DNA of 64,000 nt, taken from Candidatus Multivorans sp. Lineage in GTDB: Bacteria > Acidobacteriota > Thermoanaerobaculia > Multivoradales > Multivoraceae. The notes beneath the pieces are model-generated. The model searched no databases. It was not told where the DNA came from and saw only the letters and a program-made list of their open reading frames with translations. Positions within the stretch are counted from its first letter, which is position 1. Each line of letters opens with the position of its first letter. The DNA is taken from NCBI GenBank assembly GCA_965247095.1, contig OZ251997.1, positions 1,888,001 through 1,952,000 of the forward strand, given 5' to 3'. Below, piece by piece: positions 8,024-17,747 of this stretch. A program made the position numbers and the translations under genes.

Positions 8024-10686
8024 CACGAGCCTTCCCGCAGCGAGTCGATCGGTGGCCTGCGCAGCGCGCCGGCGCTGGCCAGAATGCCGGTGCCGAGAGA
8101 CAGCAGCGCGCCCGCCAGCAGCGCCACCAGAACCGTCAGCGGACGGAACGACCACTCGAGTTCCAGCTCGCGGGTGACCAGCCACCATGCCGCAGCCGAG
8201 CCCAGAACCGCGGCCACCAACGACGCGGACAGCCCGATCAGGGCGTACTCGGCGGCGAAGGCCCGCAGCACGTCGAAGCGGGTGGAGCCGATCGTCTTGA
8301 GCAGGGCCACCTCTCGGCCGCGGCGCGACGAGCCCGCGGCGACCGCGCCGGCAAGCGTCAGGAGCGCAGCGCACACGGTGAAGCTGCCGAGCACCCGCAC
8401 GCCGACCTCGAGGTTGCCGATCAGCTCGACGACCTTCTGCAGCATCTCCCGGATCCGCACCACCGCGACGCCGGAGTGCGCGCGGTACACCGCGTCCTGG
8501 ATCCGCTGCTCCCGTTCGGGCGGCAGCCAGGCCGCCGCAAGCCGCGTATGGGGCGCCCAGTCGAGAGCCGCCGGTTCGACGACCAGGAAGAAGTTGATGC
8601 CGAAGCCCTCCCAGTCGACCTGCCGCAGACTGGTCACGGTGACCTCGACCTCGCGGCCAGCGACATCGAGCGCGATGACCGAACCGACTCCCACCCCGAT
8701 CGTCTCCGCGAACTCCTGCTCGACGCTGACCTCGGCAACCGCCGGATCGATCCACGGCGCCGGCCCCGTCAACGGCGCGGCCGCCTCGACGATCACGTTG
8801 TCCGCCGGCAGTTCGTCCAGAAAGGTCAGCCGCATCTGCCGGCTCAAGGCCCACCGATTGCCGTCGTCAATGCGCGCCTCAACCGGGTCGCCGTCGATCG
8901 TGCGCACCCGCGCCAGGACGACCGGAGCGGACTGCACCCTCCGGGCGCCCTCCCGCTCGAGCAGCTCCTCGAGGGGGCCCCACTCCAAGGGCGACACGTT
9001 GAGCAGGAACGCACTGGGCGCCTCGGCGGGAAGTTCCGCCAGGAGCTGATCCCGAAGATGACCCTGGACGACAAACATCACGAGCAGGACCATCAGGCCC
9101 ATCCCGAGGGCGACGGTTGCCGGCAGCGTGCCGGAGTCGGGCCGCGCCAGCGCAGCCACGCCGTGCCGCAACCAGTACCGGCGGCAGGCCGGCGCCAGGA
9201 CCCGCGCCGCGGCGCGCACCAGCAGGGCGGCGACACAGAGACCGGCAACGGCGGCCGCCAGCGCGCCCAGGAACTGGAGCGCCAACCGCGGCGAGCCCGC
9301 CTGCACGGCAACAGTCGCGGCCACACCGACGGCCACCACGAGCACCGACACCACGCCGGCCTTGCGCGAACCCGGCAGCGGTTCGGCGATCCGCCGGAAG
9401 ACCCGCACCGGCGGCACTCTCAGCACCACCAAGAGCGCCGGCGCCGAGAACGCCACGGATACGCCGACGCCGAGCACGATCCCGCGCACCAAGGCCAGCG
9501 GCTGCCAGATCGAGATCGCCTCCACCGGCAGCGCACCGCCCAGAATCGCCGGCGCCAGCGCGATCGACAGCAGACCCAATCCCCCGCCGAGCACTCCCGC
9601 CCCGCAACCCAGCACCAGTGCCTGGGCCACGTAGGCACCCAGCAGATCGCGGGGCCGAGCTCCCAGACACTTCAGCACCGCCAGCGCGTCCAGGCGTTGG
9701 AGCAGCCACGCGCGGATGCCCTGGGCGACGCCGACGCCACCGACCAGAAGAGACAGCAGCGCGACCAGCCCCAGGTAACGCTCCATCCGCTCCAGGTCGC
9801 GGCGAATGCCCGGCTGCGCGTCGACGTAGGTCTCGACGCGCACCGTAGGATCCTCGCCCAAGGCCAGCCGGAGCGTCTCCGCGACCTGGTCCAGTCCTTC
9901 TCTGGAGGACTCGACCGGCAGCCGCACCAACACCCGGTAGCCGCCGAAACCGGCAAAGGGAAAGACCCCGGCCGCTTCCTGCGCCGCCATGCCGACGATC
10001 ACCCGCGGGCCGAAGGACAAGCCGGCCGGCAGCCGGTCCGGCTCGGCCACAAGCAGGCCGGCAATCCGCAACGTCCGCCGCCCGAGCCGAATCTCGTCAC
10101 CGACCTCGAGCCCGAGCCGCGACAGGGCCTCCTGCGCCACCAGCGCCGAGTGGTCGCCGAGCACATCGGCAGGGGCCCGGTCCGGGGGCAGCGGCGGCGC
10201 CGACCCCAGCTCACCGTAGAACGGATAGCCGCCCGAGACCGCCTTCAGGTCGACCAGCAGGCTCGACGGGCCATCGTCTCCCGGCCCTCGCGGCGACGCC
10301 CGACCCACCATCGCCGCCAGTTCGCGCACCTCGGCGCGGACCGCTCCCGGCACCCGGTCGATCGCGGCGAACGTGTCCGAAGAGACCGGCGTGCGGGAGC
10401 GCACCGCGAGATCGGCTGCCAGCAGCGCCCTCGCTTCGCCCCGGATCGCCTGGTCGACGCTCGACGCCAGACCCGCGATCGAGACCACGGCGCCGACTCC
10501 GACCGACAGGCACAGCACCCAGACCCAGATCCGTCCGAGAGAACCGCGGAACTCCCACAGGGAGTAGCGGAAGACCGCGCCCGGACCCACCGTCAGCCTC
10601 GTCGGGACAGCGCCGCCAAACCCGTCGCGGGCTCCGTGTTTGGCCCCATCCCCCACCTCGCCAGGAGCTTGCGCCTCATGGCTCAC
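8023..10686 (-). CDS. ABC transporter permease, FtsX-like (YbbP-type)
   Basis: Two FtsX-type halves: AVLKCLGA and EVALLKTIGS; follows the ABC ATPase; N-terminus overlaps repeat R2. Confidence 0.88.
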   Translation of the reverse strand: MSHEAQAPGEVGDGAKHGARDGFGGAVPTRLTVGPGAVFRYSLWEFRGSLGRIWVWVLCLSVGVGAVVSIAGLASSVDQAIRGEARALLAADLAVRSRTPVSSDTFAAIDRVPGAVRAEVRELAAMVGRASPRGPGDDGPSSLLVDLKAVSGGYPFYGELGSAPPLPPDRAPADVLGDHSALVAQEALSRLGLEVGDEIRLGRRTLRIAGLLVAEPDRLPAGLSFGPRVIVGMAAQEAAGVFPFAGFGGYRVLVRLPVESSREGLDQVAETLRLALGEDPTVRVETYVDAQPGIRRDLERMERYLGLVALLSLLVGGVGVAQGIRAWLLQRLDALAVLKCLGARPRDLLGAYVAQALVLGCGAGVLGGGLGLLSIALAPAILGGALPVEAISIWQPLALVRGIVLGVGVSVAFSAPALLVVLRVPPVRVFRRIAEPLPGSRKAGVVSVLVVAVGVAATVAVQAGSPRLALQFLGALAAAVAGLCVAALLVRAAARVLAPACRRYWLRHGVAALARPDSGTLPATVALGMGLMVLLVMFVVQGHLRDQLLAELPAEAPSAFLLNVSPLEWGPLEELLEREGARRVQSAPVVLARVRTIDGDPVEARIDDGNRWALSRQMRLTFLDELPADNVIVEAAAPLTGPAPWIDPAVAEVSVEQEFAETIGVGVGSVIALDVAGREVEVTVTSLRQVDWEGFGINFFLVVEPAALDWAPHTRLAAAWLPPEREQRIQDAVYRAHSGVAVVRIREMLQKVVELIGNLEVGVRVLGSFTVCAALLTLAGAVAAGSSRRGREVALLKTIGSTRFDVLRAFAAEYALIGLSASLVAAVLGSAAAWWLVTRELELEWSFRPLTVLVALLAGALLSLGTGILASAGALRRPPIDSLREGS

Positions 10687-10712
10687 TCCGTTCCGCGTCT
10701 ACGGCGCAAGCT
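10611..10712. repeat. 102-bp dispersed structured repeat, family R2, copy 1
   Basis: About 85% identical by eye to 12276-12377; internal inverted repeat CTTGCGCC...GGCGCAAG. Confidence 0.8.
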
Positions 10713-11536
10713 TGCATGGAACAAGTTTCCTGTGCGTCAGCGCGGCGCGGACGCCGCGACTCGACTCCTAGCCGCCCGTCCACCATGACCAACTCGCGGT
10801 CGGCGCGCGCGGCGACCGCCGGATCGTGGGTGACGAGCACCAGTGTGGCGCCGAAGCGGTCGCGCAGCGCCATCATCACGTCCAGGATCGCGGCGCCGGT
10901 GACCGAGTCGAGGTTGCCGGTCGGTTCATCGCCGAGCAGGATCGCCGGTTCCGCGGCAAACGCCCGCGCCAGGGCCACCCGTTGCTGCTCGCCGCCCGAG
11001 AGCTGCGACGGATAGTGGTGACCGCGCCGGGCAAGCCCGACTTCGGCGAGCAATGCCTCAGCCCGTTGCTTCGACTGTCGGCGACCCTGGAGATCGAGCG
11101 GAAACCGGACGTTCTCCCGAGCGGTCAGGTTGCCGAGCAACTGGAAGGACTGGAAGACGAAGCCGATCTTCTCGCGCCGCAGCAGCGCCAGCTCGTCTTC
11201 GCTCAGACCCTCGATCGGCCGGCCGTCGATCAGCACGCTGCCGGCGGTCGGGCGGTCGAGACCGGCAAGCAGCGCCAGCAGCGTCGACTTGCCAGCTCCC
11301 GAAGGACCGCGGATGGAGACGCACTCCCCCGCGGCCACCGCAAGATCGATGTCGTCCACCACGATCAGGGTGCGCTCCCCGGAGCGCAACTCGCGGCGCA
11401 GCCTGCGGGTCTCGATCCGCGGAGGAGTTCCAGGCGGCGCGACGGCGGCAGGCGAAGCGGCCTGGTCCCGGCTCAGAGGAGCCCCATCATCGCGCGCCAC
11501 TGTTCCAGGCTGCTCGGTCGGAGGTAGGCGTTCCAT
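10676..11536 (-). CDS. ABC transporter ATP-binding protein (YbbA/LolD-like); true start probably downstream of 11536
   Basis: GPSGAGKS, LSGGEQQRVALARA, ILLGDEPTGNLD, VTHD. Confidence 0.92.
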   Translation of the reverse strand: MERLPPTEQPGTVARDDGAPLSRDQAASPAAVAPPGTPPRIETRRLRRELRSGERTLIVVDDIDLAVAAGECVSIRGPSGAGKSTLLALLAGLDRPTAGSVLIDGRPIEGLSEDELALLRREKIGFVFQSFQLLGNLTARENVRFPLDLQGRRQSKQRAEALLAEVGLARRGHHYPSQLSGGEQQRVALARAFAAEPAILLGDEPTGNLDSVTGAAILDVMMALRDRFGATLVLVTHDPAVAARADRELVMVDGRLGVESRRPRRADAQETCSMQACAVDAERSEP

Positions 11537-12204
11537 TGCAGTTCACGGCCGATCGTCGAGAACGACTCCGGACCGTAGTCGTGCCCCGGGTAGATTCCCA
11601 CCTCCGGCGGCAGCGCCTTCAACCGCTCCAGGGAGTGGAACATGGCGTCGACGTCGCTGTGCGGCAGATCGATCCGGCCGATGCCCTGCACGAAAAGGGT
11701 GTCGGCGGTCAGCATGTGGTCGCCGGCACGGAAACAGCAGCTCCCCGGCGAGTGCCCGGGGGTGTGCAGCACCTCGACCCGGAGATCGCCCAGTTCGAGA
11801 ACGTCGCCGTCGCGGAACGCCTCCACCCGGTCGGGCGGGCAACCGGCGATCTCGGCGCCCCGCTCGGCCTCGGCCTCGTGAATCAGCATCGGCAGGTCGA
11901 ACTCGGCGCGCAGCTCGCGCACGCCGGGAATGTACTGACCCATGATCTCGCCGCCGATGTGATCCTGGTGGAAGTGCGTCGCCAGCACGCCCGTCACCTC
12001 GTAGCCCTGCTCCCCGGCGATCTTGACGATGCCGAGCGGCTCCCAGGCCGGATCCACGACCCACGCCTTGCGGGTGGCGGAGTCCGCCAGAACGTAGACG
12101 AAGTTGGCCATCGGTCCGGCCTGGATCTGGACGAGACGGGGTTCGGCGGCGGCCGCCGCATCGACGGCGCCGGCGGCGGCGGCAAGCGGTGGAGAATCGG
12201 TCAT
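11473..12204 (-). CDS. MBL-fold hydrolase, glyoxalase II-like
   Basis: THFHQDH, HTPGHSPGS, ADTLF, YPGHDY. Confidence 0.9.
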   Translation of the reverse strand: MTDSPPLAAAAGAVDAAAAAEPRLVQIQAGPMANFVYVLADSATRKAWVVDPAWEPLGIVKIAGEQGYEVTGVLATHFHQDHIGGEIMGQYIPGVRELRAEFDLPMLIHEAEAERGAEIAGCPPDRVEAFRDGDVLELGDLRVEVLHTPGHSPGSCCFRAGDHMLTADTLFVQGIGRIDLPHSDVDAMFHSLERLKALPPEVGIYPGHDYGPESFSTIGRELQWNAYLRPSSLEQWRAMMGLL

Positions 12205-12275
12205 CGTCAGCGGAATCTACCCCGGCCCAGTCCGGGCCGCCGAATCCCAGGGATCCACCCTCCGAGGACTGTTGC

Positions 12276-12377
12276 CGCCGCCGAACCCGTCGCAGGCTCC
12301 GTGTTCGGCCCCAGCCCCCACCTCCCCCGAGACCTTGCGCCTCAGAACTCACTTCGTTGCGTTCTACGGCGCAAGCT
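12276..12377. repeat. 102-bp dispersed structured repeat, family R2, copy 2 (intergenic)
   Basis: Aligns to 10611-10712; lies between divergent genes, 14 bp upstream of the SDR ATG. Confidence 0.8.
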
Positions 12378-12391
12378 CCTAGGCTCGCGCC

Positions 12392-13159
12392 ATGACCACT
12401 CGCGATGTCCACCGCGTTTTCGACCTCTCCGGCCGCACGGCTCTCGTCACCGGCGGCAGCCGCGGACTGGGCCGTGAGATGTCGCTTGCCTTCGCCGCCG
12501 CCGGCGCCGATGTCGTCGTCACCAGCAGGAGGATCGACTCCTGCCGCGAGGTGGTGGCGGAGATCGAGGCGATGGGCCGGCAGGGACTCGCCCACGCCTG
12601 CCATGTCGGCCACTGGGATGAGGTCGACGGCCTCATCGAGGTCGCCTACGAACGGTTCGGCAAGGTCGACGTGCTGGTCAACAACGCCGGCATGTCACCG
12701 CTCTACCCCAGCCTGTCCGAGGTCAGCGGGGCGTTGTTCGACAAGGTGATCGGAGTGAACCTGAAGGGACCGTTCCGGCTGGCGGCGGTGATTGGACAGC
12801 GCATGGCCGCCGGCGACGGCGGCAGCATCATCAACGTGACGAGTACCGCCGCGATCCACCCGAGCCCGAACGCCGAGCCCTACGGCGCGGCCAAGGCCGG
12901 ACTGAACTCGCTGACCGAATCCCTGGCCCACGCCTTCGGCCCCAAGGTGCGGGTCAACGCGATCATGCCGGGACCCTTCCTGACCGACATCTCGAAGGCC
13001 TGGGACTTGGAAGCGTTCAACAAGCGGGCGAAGACCTCGATCGCCCTCGGCCGGGGCGGCGAACCGGACGAGATCGTCGGTGCCGCGCTCTACCTGGCGT
13101 CCGACGCTTCCAGCTACACGACGGGCGCCGTACTGCGAATCGACGGCGGCAGCCGGTGA
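12392..13159 (+). CDS. SDR family oxidoreductase
   Basis: TGGSRGLG, NNAG, YGAAK, VRVNAIMPG. Confidence 0.93.
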   Translation: MTTRDVHRVFDLSGRTALVTGGSRGLGREMSLAFAAAGADVVVTSRRIDSCREVVAEIEAMGRQGLAHACHVGHWDEVDGLIEVAYERFGKVDVLVNNAGMSPLYPSLSEVSGALFDKVIGVNLKGPFRLAAVIGQRMAAGDGGSIINVTSTAAIHPSPNAEPYGAAKAGLNSLTESLAHAFGPKVRVNAIMPGPFLTDISKAWDLEAFNKRAKTSIALGRGGEPDEIVGAALYLASDASSYTTGAVLRIDGGSR

Positions 13160-15450
13160 CCCGGGCCGCGCGGTCCTGCCGCGGCGCCGCCCTTGCCCTG
13201 GCGGTGCTCGCCTGCGGCGGCGGAGCGGCGGAACGCTTCCAGACCGATCTCGCCAAGGTGCTCGACCTTGCCGAGTCAACGGCTGAATCGGCCGAACTCC
13301 GGCCTGGCGACTACGAGCACCGCCAGCAACTCCTCGAGGGTTGGTCAGCACCGGAGGAGGACGAGAGCGGCGCCTTCGCGACAGGCGACGGCGAGCGTTC
13401 CAGACTGAACTGGCAACTGTCCTGGTCCCGCCCCCTCGAACTCGTGTTCACCGGCCGGCCCCTCGCGTCGCCCGGGAGCGAGCCGACTACGGTGGACGTT
13501 TCATGGAACGGCGAACGGCTGGGCCAGCTCGAGCTGGCCTCCACCGACGGCATGGAGGAGTACCGGCTGCAAGTGCCCATGGCGGCGCAGCGCCCGGGCG
13601 CCAACGAGGTCGTGCTCGAGTACTCGTCCGATCCACCATCTGGAACCACTTCAGAGCACGTCGCGTGGAGCCGCATCCGGATCGAGGGCGCCGGCGCCGG
13701 CGCGAGACCTTCCGCGGCCGCAGACGGAACGCTCCATCTGCCCTTCCGCACCGCGCTCGACTACTACGTCCTGCTGCCCGAGGGAGGAGTCCTCGAGCTC
13801 GACGACCTCGCCCTCTACGGCCCCCAGGGTGCCTGGCGCAGCGCCGAACCGGCCCCTCGGCTGGTAGCGGCCGTCCACCGCTACCCGACCGGGTCGGCGA
13901 CGGCCACCACGACCCTCACCGAGGGCCGCGGCCAACTGAAACTCCCGGTGCATGATGGTCCCCTCCGTATCCGCATCGAAGCGCTTGGCGGCGCCCGTCT
14001 TCCCGAGGCTGAGGCGGGGTTCCGTTTCTCGGCCGTTCTAGGCAGCCCGACCCCGCCCTGGCCGCACGCCGAAGCGCCGGTCTCCCACGCTGCCGAAGCG
14101 GTTGCGGCCCGGCCCGCCGACGGCCGCGAAGGGTCTTCCAGCGCCTCCGGCACTTCCGACGCGCGCTTGCCGCACGTCCTGATCTTCCTGGTCGACACGC
14201 TCCGAGCTGATCACCTCGGTTGCTATGGCTACGAGCGTCCGACCTCACCGAACATCGACCGGTTTGCCGCCGGCGCCGTCCGCTTCGAACACGCCGTCGC
14301 GCAGTCTTCGTGGACGCGCCCGGCGACCGCGAGCATCCTTACCGGCCTCTATCCGCACAACCACGGCGCTCGTACGCGGAACCAGAAACTCCACGAGGAC
14401 GTTTCCTACCTGCCCGAGATCCTGAGTTCGCTCGGCTACCGCGCGCTCGGCATATCCACGAACGGCAACGCCGGCATCGACTTCGGATTCCGCCGCGGAT
14501 TCAGTCACTTCAAACAGATGCGGGAGCGGTCCGCCCGGCCGGGCACTCATGTCCCGGTCTGGAGAGCGGTCGACGAAAGCTTGGAGTGGCTCGAACGGAT
14601 CGGTCCCGGAGACTCCTTCTTCGTCTTCCTGCACGTAACCGATCCCCACGAGCCCTACCGCCCCCCCGAATCTCACAGGCAGCAGTTTGCCTCCGAAGCG
14701 CCGGCCGGACCCGGCGTCCTCCACCGCAACCAGCCGGCCGACGCCAGCCACTCGACGCGCGATCTGAAGGATCTCTACGACGCCGAGATCGCCTTCGTCG
14801 ACGAGCACTTCGGCCGCATGCTCGAAGAACTCGACCGGCGAGGTCTGCTCGACGACACGCTCGTCGTCTTCGTGGCGGACCACGGCGAGGAGTTCCTGGA
14901 CCACGGCCGGCACGGTCACGGAGCAACGCTGTACCAGGAGCAGATCCACGTGCCGCTCATTGTCCGGCTACCCAGCCGGCTGCGACAAGCCGCGGACCGC
15001 TCCGTGGTCGAGGCGCAGGTGCGGCAGATCGACATCGTCCCCACGATCCTCGACGCGATCGGGCGCACCGGCCTGGTCGAAACCGATGGCCGGTCTCTGC
15101 TTCCTCTCATACGCTCCGGCGACGAGCTCCGCCCGCCCACCGTCGCCATGGCCGAACTCCGCGTCGACGGGCTGGCAATGGACGCGGTGCTGCTGGACGG
15201 CGCCAACGGCCGCCGCAAGTTGATCGACTACAACAGCACGCCTTCCGGCACGGTGCGGCAACTGTTCGACGCCAACAGCGACAGTGCCGAGTTGAACGAC
15301 CTGAGACAGGAGGACTCCCTCTGGGCCGGCTATCTGGCGGCCGTCGGCAAGCTCCAGCGCCGGGGATCGGGGTCGCTCACGGCCGGGATCGAACCTGCGA
15401 TGCCGGCCGTGCAGCGCGAGGCGCTCAAGGCTCTCGGCTACATCGACTAA
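13156..15450 (+). CDS. Sulfatase-like hydrolase (alkaline phosphatase superfamily) with long N-terminal beta-rich extension
   Basis: LVDTLRADHL, SSWTRPATASILTG, DPHEPY, ADHGEEF, C-terminal LKALGY; possible lipobox VLAC. Confidence 0.85.
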   Translation: MTRAARSCRGAALALAVLACGGGAAERFQTDLAKVLDLAESTAESAELRPGDYEHRQQLLEGWSAPEEDESGAFATGDGERSRLNWQLSWSRPLELVFTGRPLASPGSEPTTVDVSWNGERLGQLELASTDGMEEYRLQVPMAAQRPGANEVVLEYSSDPPSGTTSEHVAWSRIRIEGAGAGARPSAAADGTLHLPFRTALDYYVLLPEGGVLELDDLALYGPQGAWRSAEPAPRLVAAVHRYPTGSATATTTLTEGRGQLKLPVHDGPLRIRIEALGGARLPEAEAGFRFSAVLGSPTPPWPHAEAPVSHAAEAVAARPADGREGSSSASGTSDARLPHVLIFLVDTLRADHLGCYGYERPTSPNIDRFAAGAVRFEHAVAQSSWTRPATASILTGLYPHNHGARTRNQKLHEDVSYLPEILSSLGYRALGISTNGNAGIDFGFRRGFSHFKQMRERSARPGTHVPVWRAVDESLEWLERIGPGDSFFVFLHVTDPHEPYRPPESHRQQFASEAPAGPGVLHRNQPADASHSTRDLKDLYDAEIAFVDEHFGRMLEELDRRGLLDDTLVVFVADHGEEFLDHGRHGHGATLYQEQIHVPLIVRLPSRLRQAADRSVVEAQVRQIDIVPTILDAIGRTGLVETDGRSLLPLIRSGDELRPPTVAMAELRVDGLAMDAVLLDGANGRRKLIDYNSTPSGTVRQLFDANSDSAELNDLRQEDSLWAGYLAAVGKLQRRGSGSLTAGIEPAMPAVQREALKALGYID

Positions 15451-15497
15451 GCGCGACCGCGCTCCAGACTGGCCGTCAGGCGCGCTGACACTGCCGG

Positions 15498-16277
15498 TCA
15501 GGCCCGACGCACAGTCAACCCACCGTCCACCGGCAGCGTCACGCCGGTGATGAAGGACGAAGCGGGCAGGCACAGGTGCAGCGTGCCGTGGGCCACTTCC
15601 TCTGGGTCGCCGTAGCGGCGCAGCGCGGTGCGGCGGCGGGCGTAGATCTGTTTGTGCTCCTCGGGGATCCGCTCGGTCATCGCCGTGCGGATCGGTCCCG
15701 GACAGATGCAGTTGACGGTGATGCCCTCCTTGCCGAGTTCCACCGCCAGGCCCCGGGTGAGACCGATAACCCCGGTCTTCGCCGCCGAGTAGGCGCTGTT
15801 CAGGGGCGTCGCGCCCAGCCCTTCGGTCGAGGCGATGTTCACGATCCGCGGCGAACTCGACTTGCGGAGATGGGGCAGCGCCGCGCGGATCGTCCGCTGA
15901 TGGGCGGTGAGCAGCACGCTGACCGTCTCGTGCCAGCGCTCCTCGTACTCGTCGGCGTCGATCGGTCCGCCGCGCGAGATGCCCGCGTTGTTGACCAGGA
16001 TGTCCAGGCCGCCGTAGCGGTCCGCCACCTCGCCGACGACCCGCTGGATCGCCTCCGCGTCGCCCACGTCGAGCGTCCACGCCGTCGCCTCCCGCCCCGC
16101 GGCGCGGATCTCCGCGACCACGGCCTCAACCCCCGGGCCGTTGATGTCCGTGGCCGCGACATTGGCGCCTTCGGCCGCGAACAGCCGGGCCGTCGCACGG
16201 CCCATGCCCGAGGCGCAGCCGGTGATCAGCGCCGTCTTTCCCGCCACCGATCGGCTCAGCGTGCTCAGTTCCGTCAT
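15498..16277 (-). CDS. SDR family oxidoreductase
   Basis: TGCASGMG, NNAG, YSAAK; ATG overlaps the aminotransferase stop. Confidence 0.92.
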   Translation of the reverse strand: MTELSTLSRSVAGKTALITGCASGMGRATARLFAAEGANVAATDINGPGVEAVVAEIRAAGREATAWTLDVGDAEAIQRVVGEVADRYGGLDILVNNAGISRGGPIDADEYEERWHETVSVLLTAHQRTIRAALPHLRKSSSPRIVNIASTEGLGATPLNSAYSAAKTGVIGLTRGLAVELGKEGITVNCICPGPIRTAMTERIPEEHKQIYARRRTALRRYGDPEEVAHGTLHLCLPASSFITGVTLPVDGGLTVRRA

Positions 16278-17680
16278 CAGGACGCTCCGCCGCCCGTCTC
16301 CACCCAGGCCAGGGTCTCTTCCAGGCCGCGACCGAAGCGTTCCAGGATCTCGTCGACGTCCGACTCGGTGACGATCAGCGGCGGGCAGAAGGCCACTGTG
16401 TCGCCGAGCGCCCGCAGGATGACGCCGTGGTCCAGGCAACGATCCTGGCAGTACGCCCCCACTCCGCGCTGGATCGGGAAGGCCTCGCGGGTCCGCTTGT
16501 CAGCCACCAGCTCGCAGGCGCCGAGCAGGCCCACACCGCGCGTCTCCCCCACCAGCGGGTGATCGGCGAAGCGGCGGAGCCGGGCCTGGAAGTAGCGACC
16601 CACCCTGTCGGCATGAGCGTAGAGGTCCCGCTCCTCCATCAGCTCCAGCGCCCGCAGCGCTACCGCGGCACAGACGGGATGCCCCGTGTACGTATAGCCG
16701 TGGCCGAACAGGCCCCACCGCTCGCCCGCCTCGACGAAGACATCGACCATCCGGTCGGGCAACAGCACCGCACTGATCGGCATGTAGGCGGAGGACAGCG
16801 CCTTCGCGACCGAAACGGTGTCCGGCCTCATGCCCATCGCCTCGGCGCCGAACTGCGTGCCGAGCCGGCCGAAACCGCAGATCACCTCGTCGTCGATCAG
16901 CAGCACGTCGTGCTCGTCCAGAACCGCCTGGATCGCCTCGTAGTAGCCCTCAGGGGGCACGACGACGCCTCCGGCGCCCAGCACCGGCTCGGCGATGAAG
17001 GCCGCGACGGTCTCGGGCCCCTCGGCGCGAATCAACTCGTCGAGTTCGGCCGCCAGCCGGCCAGTGAACTCCGCTTCCGTCTCGCCCGGCTTGGAATCCC
17101 GGTAGTAGTGCGGGCAGGTGACGTGCCGGAACTGCGGCAGCGGCAGATCGAAGCTCTTGTGGAACGCCGGCAGGCCGGTCATGCTGCCGGCGGCCAGAGA
17201 GACACCGTGGTAGCCGCGGCGGCGGCTGACGATCTTCTTCTTCTCGGGCCGGCCAAGGGCGTTGTTGTAGTACCAGACCAGCTTGACCTGGGTGTCGTTC
17301 GCATCCGAGCCGGAGGTGCCGAAGAAGGACTTTGCGTTCGGAATCGGCGCCATCTCGCGCAGCTTCTCGGCCAAGGCAACAGCCGGCTCGTGGCTGCGGC
17401 CCGCGAAGAGATGGGAGAAGGAGAGCTTACGAATCTGCGCGGCCGCGACTTCAGCGAGTTCCTCCACGCCGTAGCCCAGCGCCGTGCACCACAGGCCCGC
17501 CATCGCTTCGATGTACTCGTTACCGTGCTCGTCCCAGACCCGGATGCCCTGGCCGCGTTCGATCACCAGCGAGCCGTCCCGCCGCAGGGCTGGAAGGTCC
17601 GTCGTCGGATGGAGGACGGACGCGATGTCGCGATCTGACGTGGAAAGGGCGAACGAAGTCGCCTCGGCGGGTAGGCTCAT
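16277..17680 (-). CDS. Class III aminotransferase (omega-amine/putrescine-pyruvate-like)
   Basis: GLWCTALG, SGSDAND, YHG, FIAEPV, DEVICGFGR, VAKAL, HGYTYTGHP. Confidence 0.93.
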   Translation of the reverse strand: MSLPAEATSFALSTSDRDIASVLHPTTDLPALRRDGSLVIERGQGIRVWDEHGNEYIEAMAGLWCTALGYGVEELAEVAAAQIRKLSFSHLFAGRSHEPAVALAEKLREMAPIPNAKSFFGTSGSDANDTQVKLVWYYNNALGRPEKKKIVSRRRGYHGVSLAAGSMTGLPAFHKSFDLPLPQFRHVTCPHYYRDSKPGETEAEFTGRLAAELDELIRAEGPETVAAFIAEPVLGAGGVVVPPEGYYEAIQAVLDEHDVLLIDDEVICGFGRLGTQFGAEAMGMRPDTVSVAKALSSAYMPISAVLLPDRMVDVFVEAGERWGLFGHGYTYTGHPVCAAVALRALELMEERDLYAHADRVGRYFQARLRRFADHPLVGETRGVGLLGACELVADKRTREAFPIQRGVGAYCQDRCLDHGVILRALGDTVAFCPPLIVTESDVDEILERFGRGLEETLAWVETGGGAS

Positions 17681-17747
17681 CTCAACTCCCGGATTCGGTC
17701 CTGGTTCAACGTAAGGAGCAGCAGTCTATGCCGCAGGACGGCGACAC

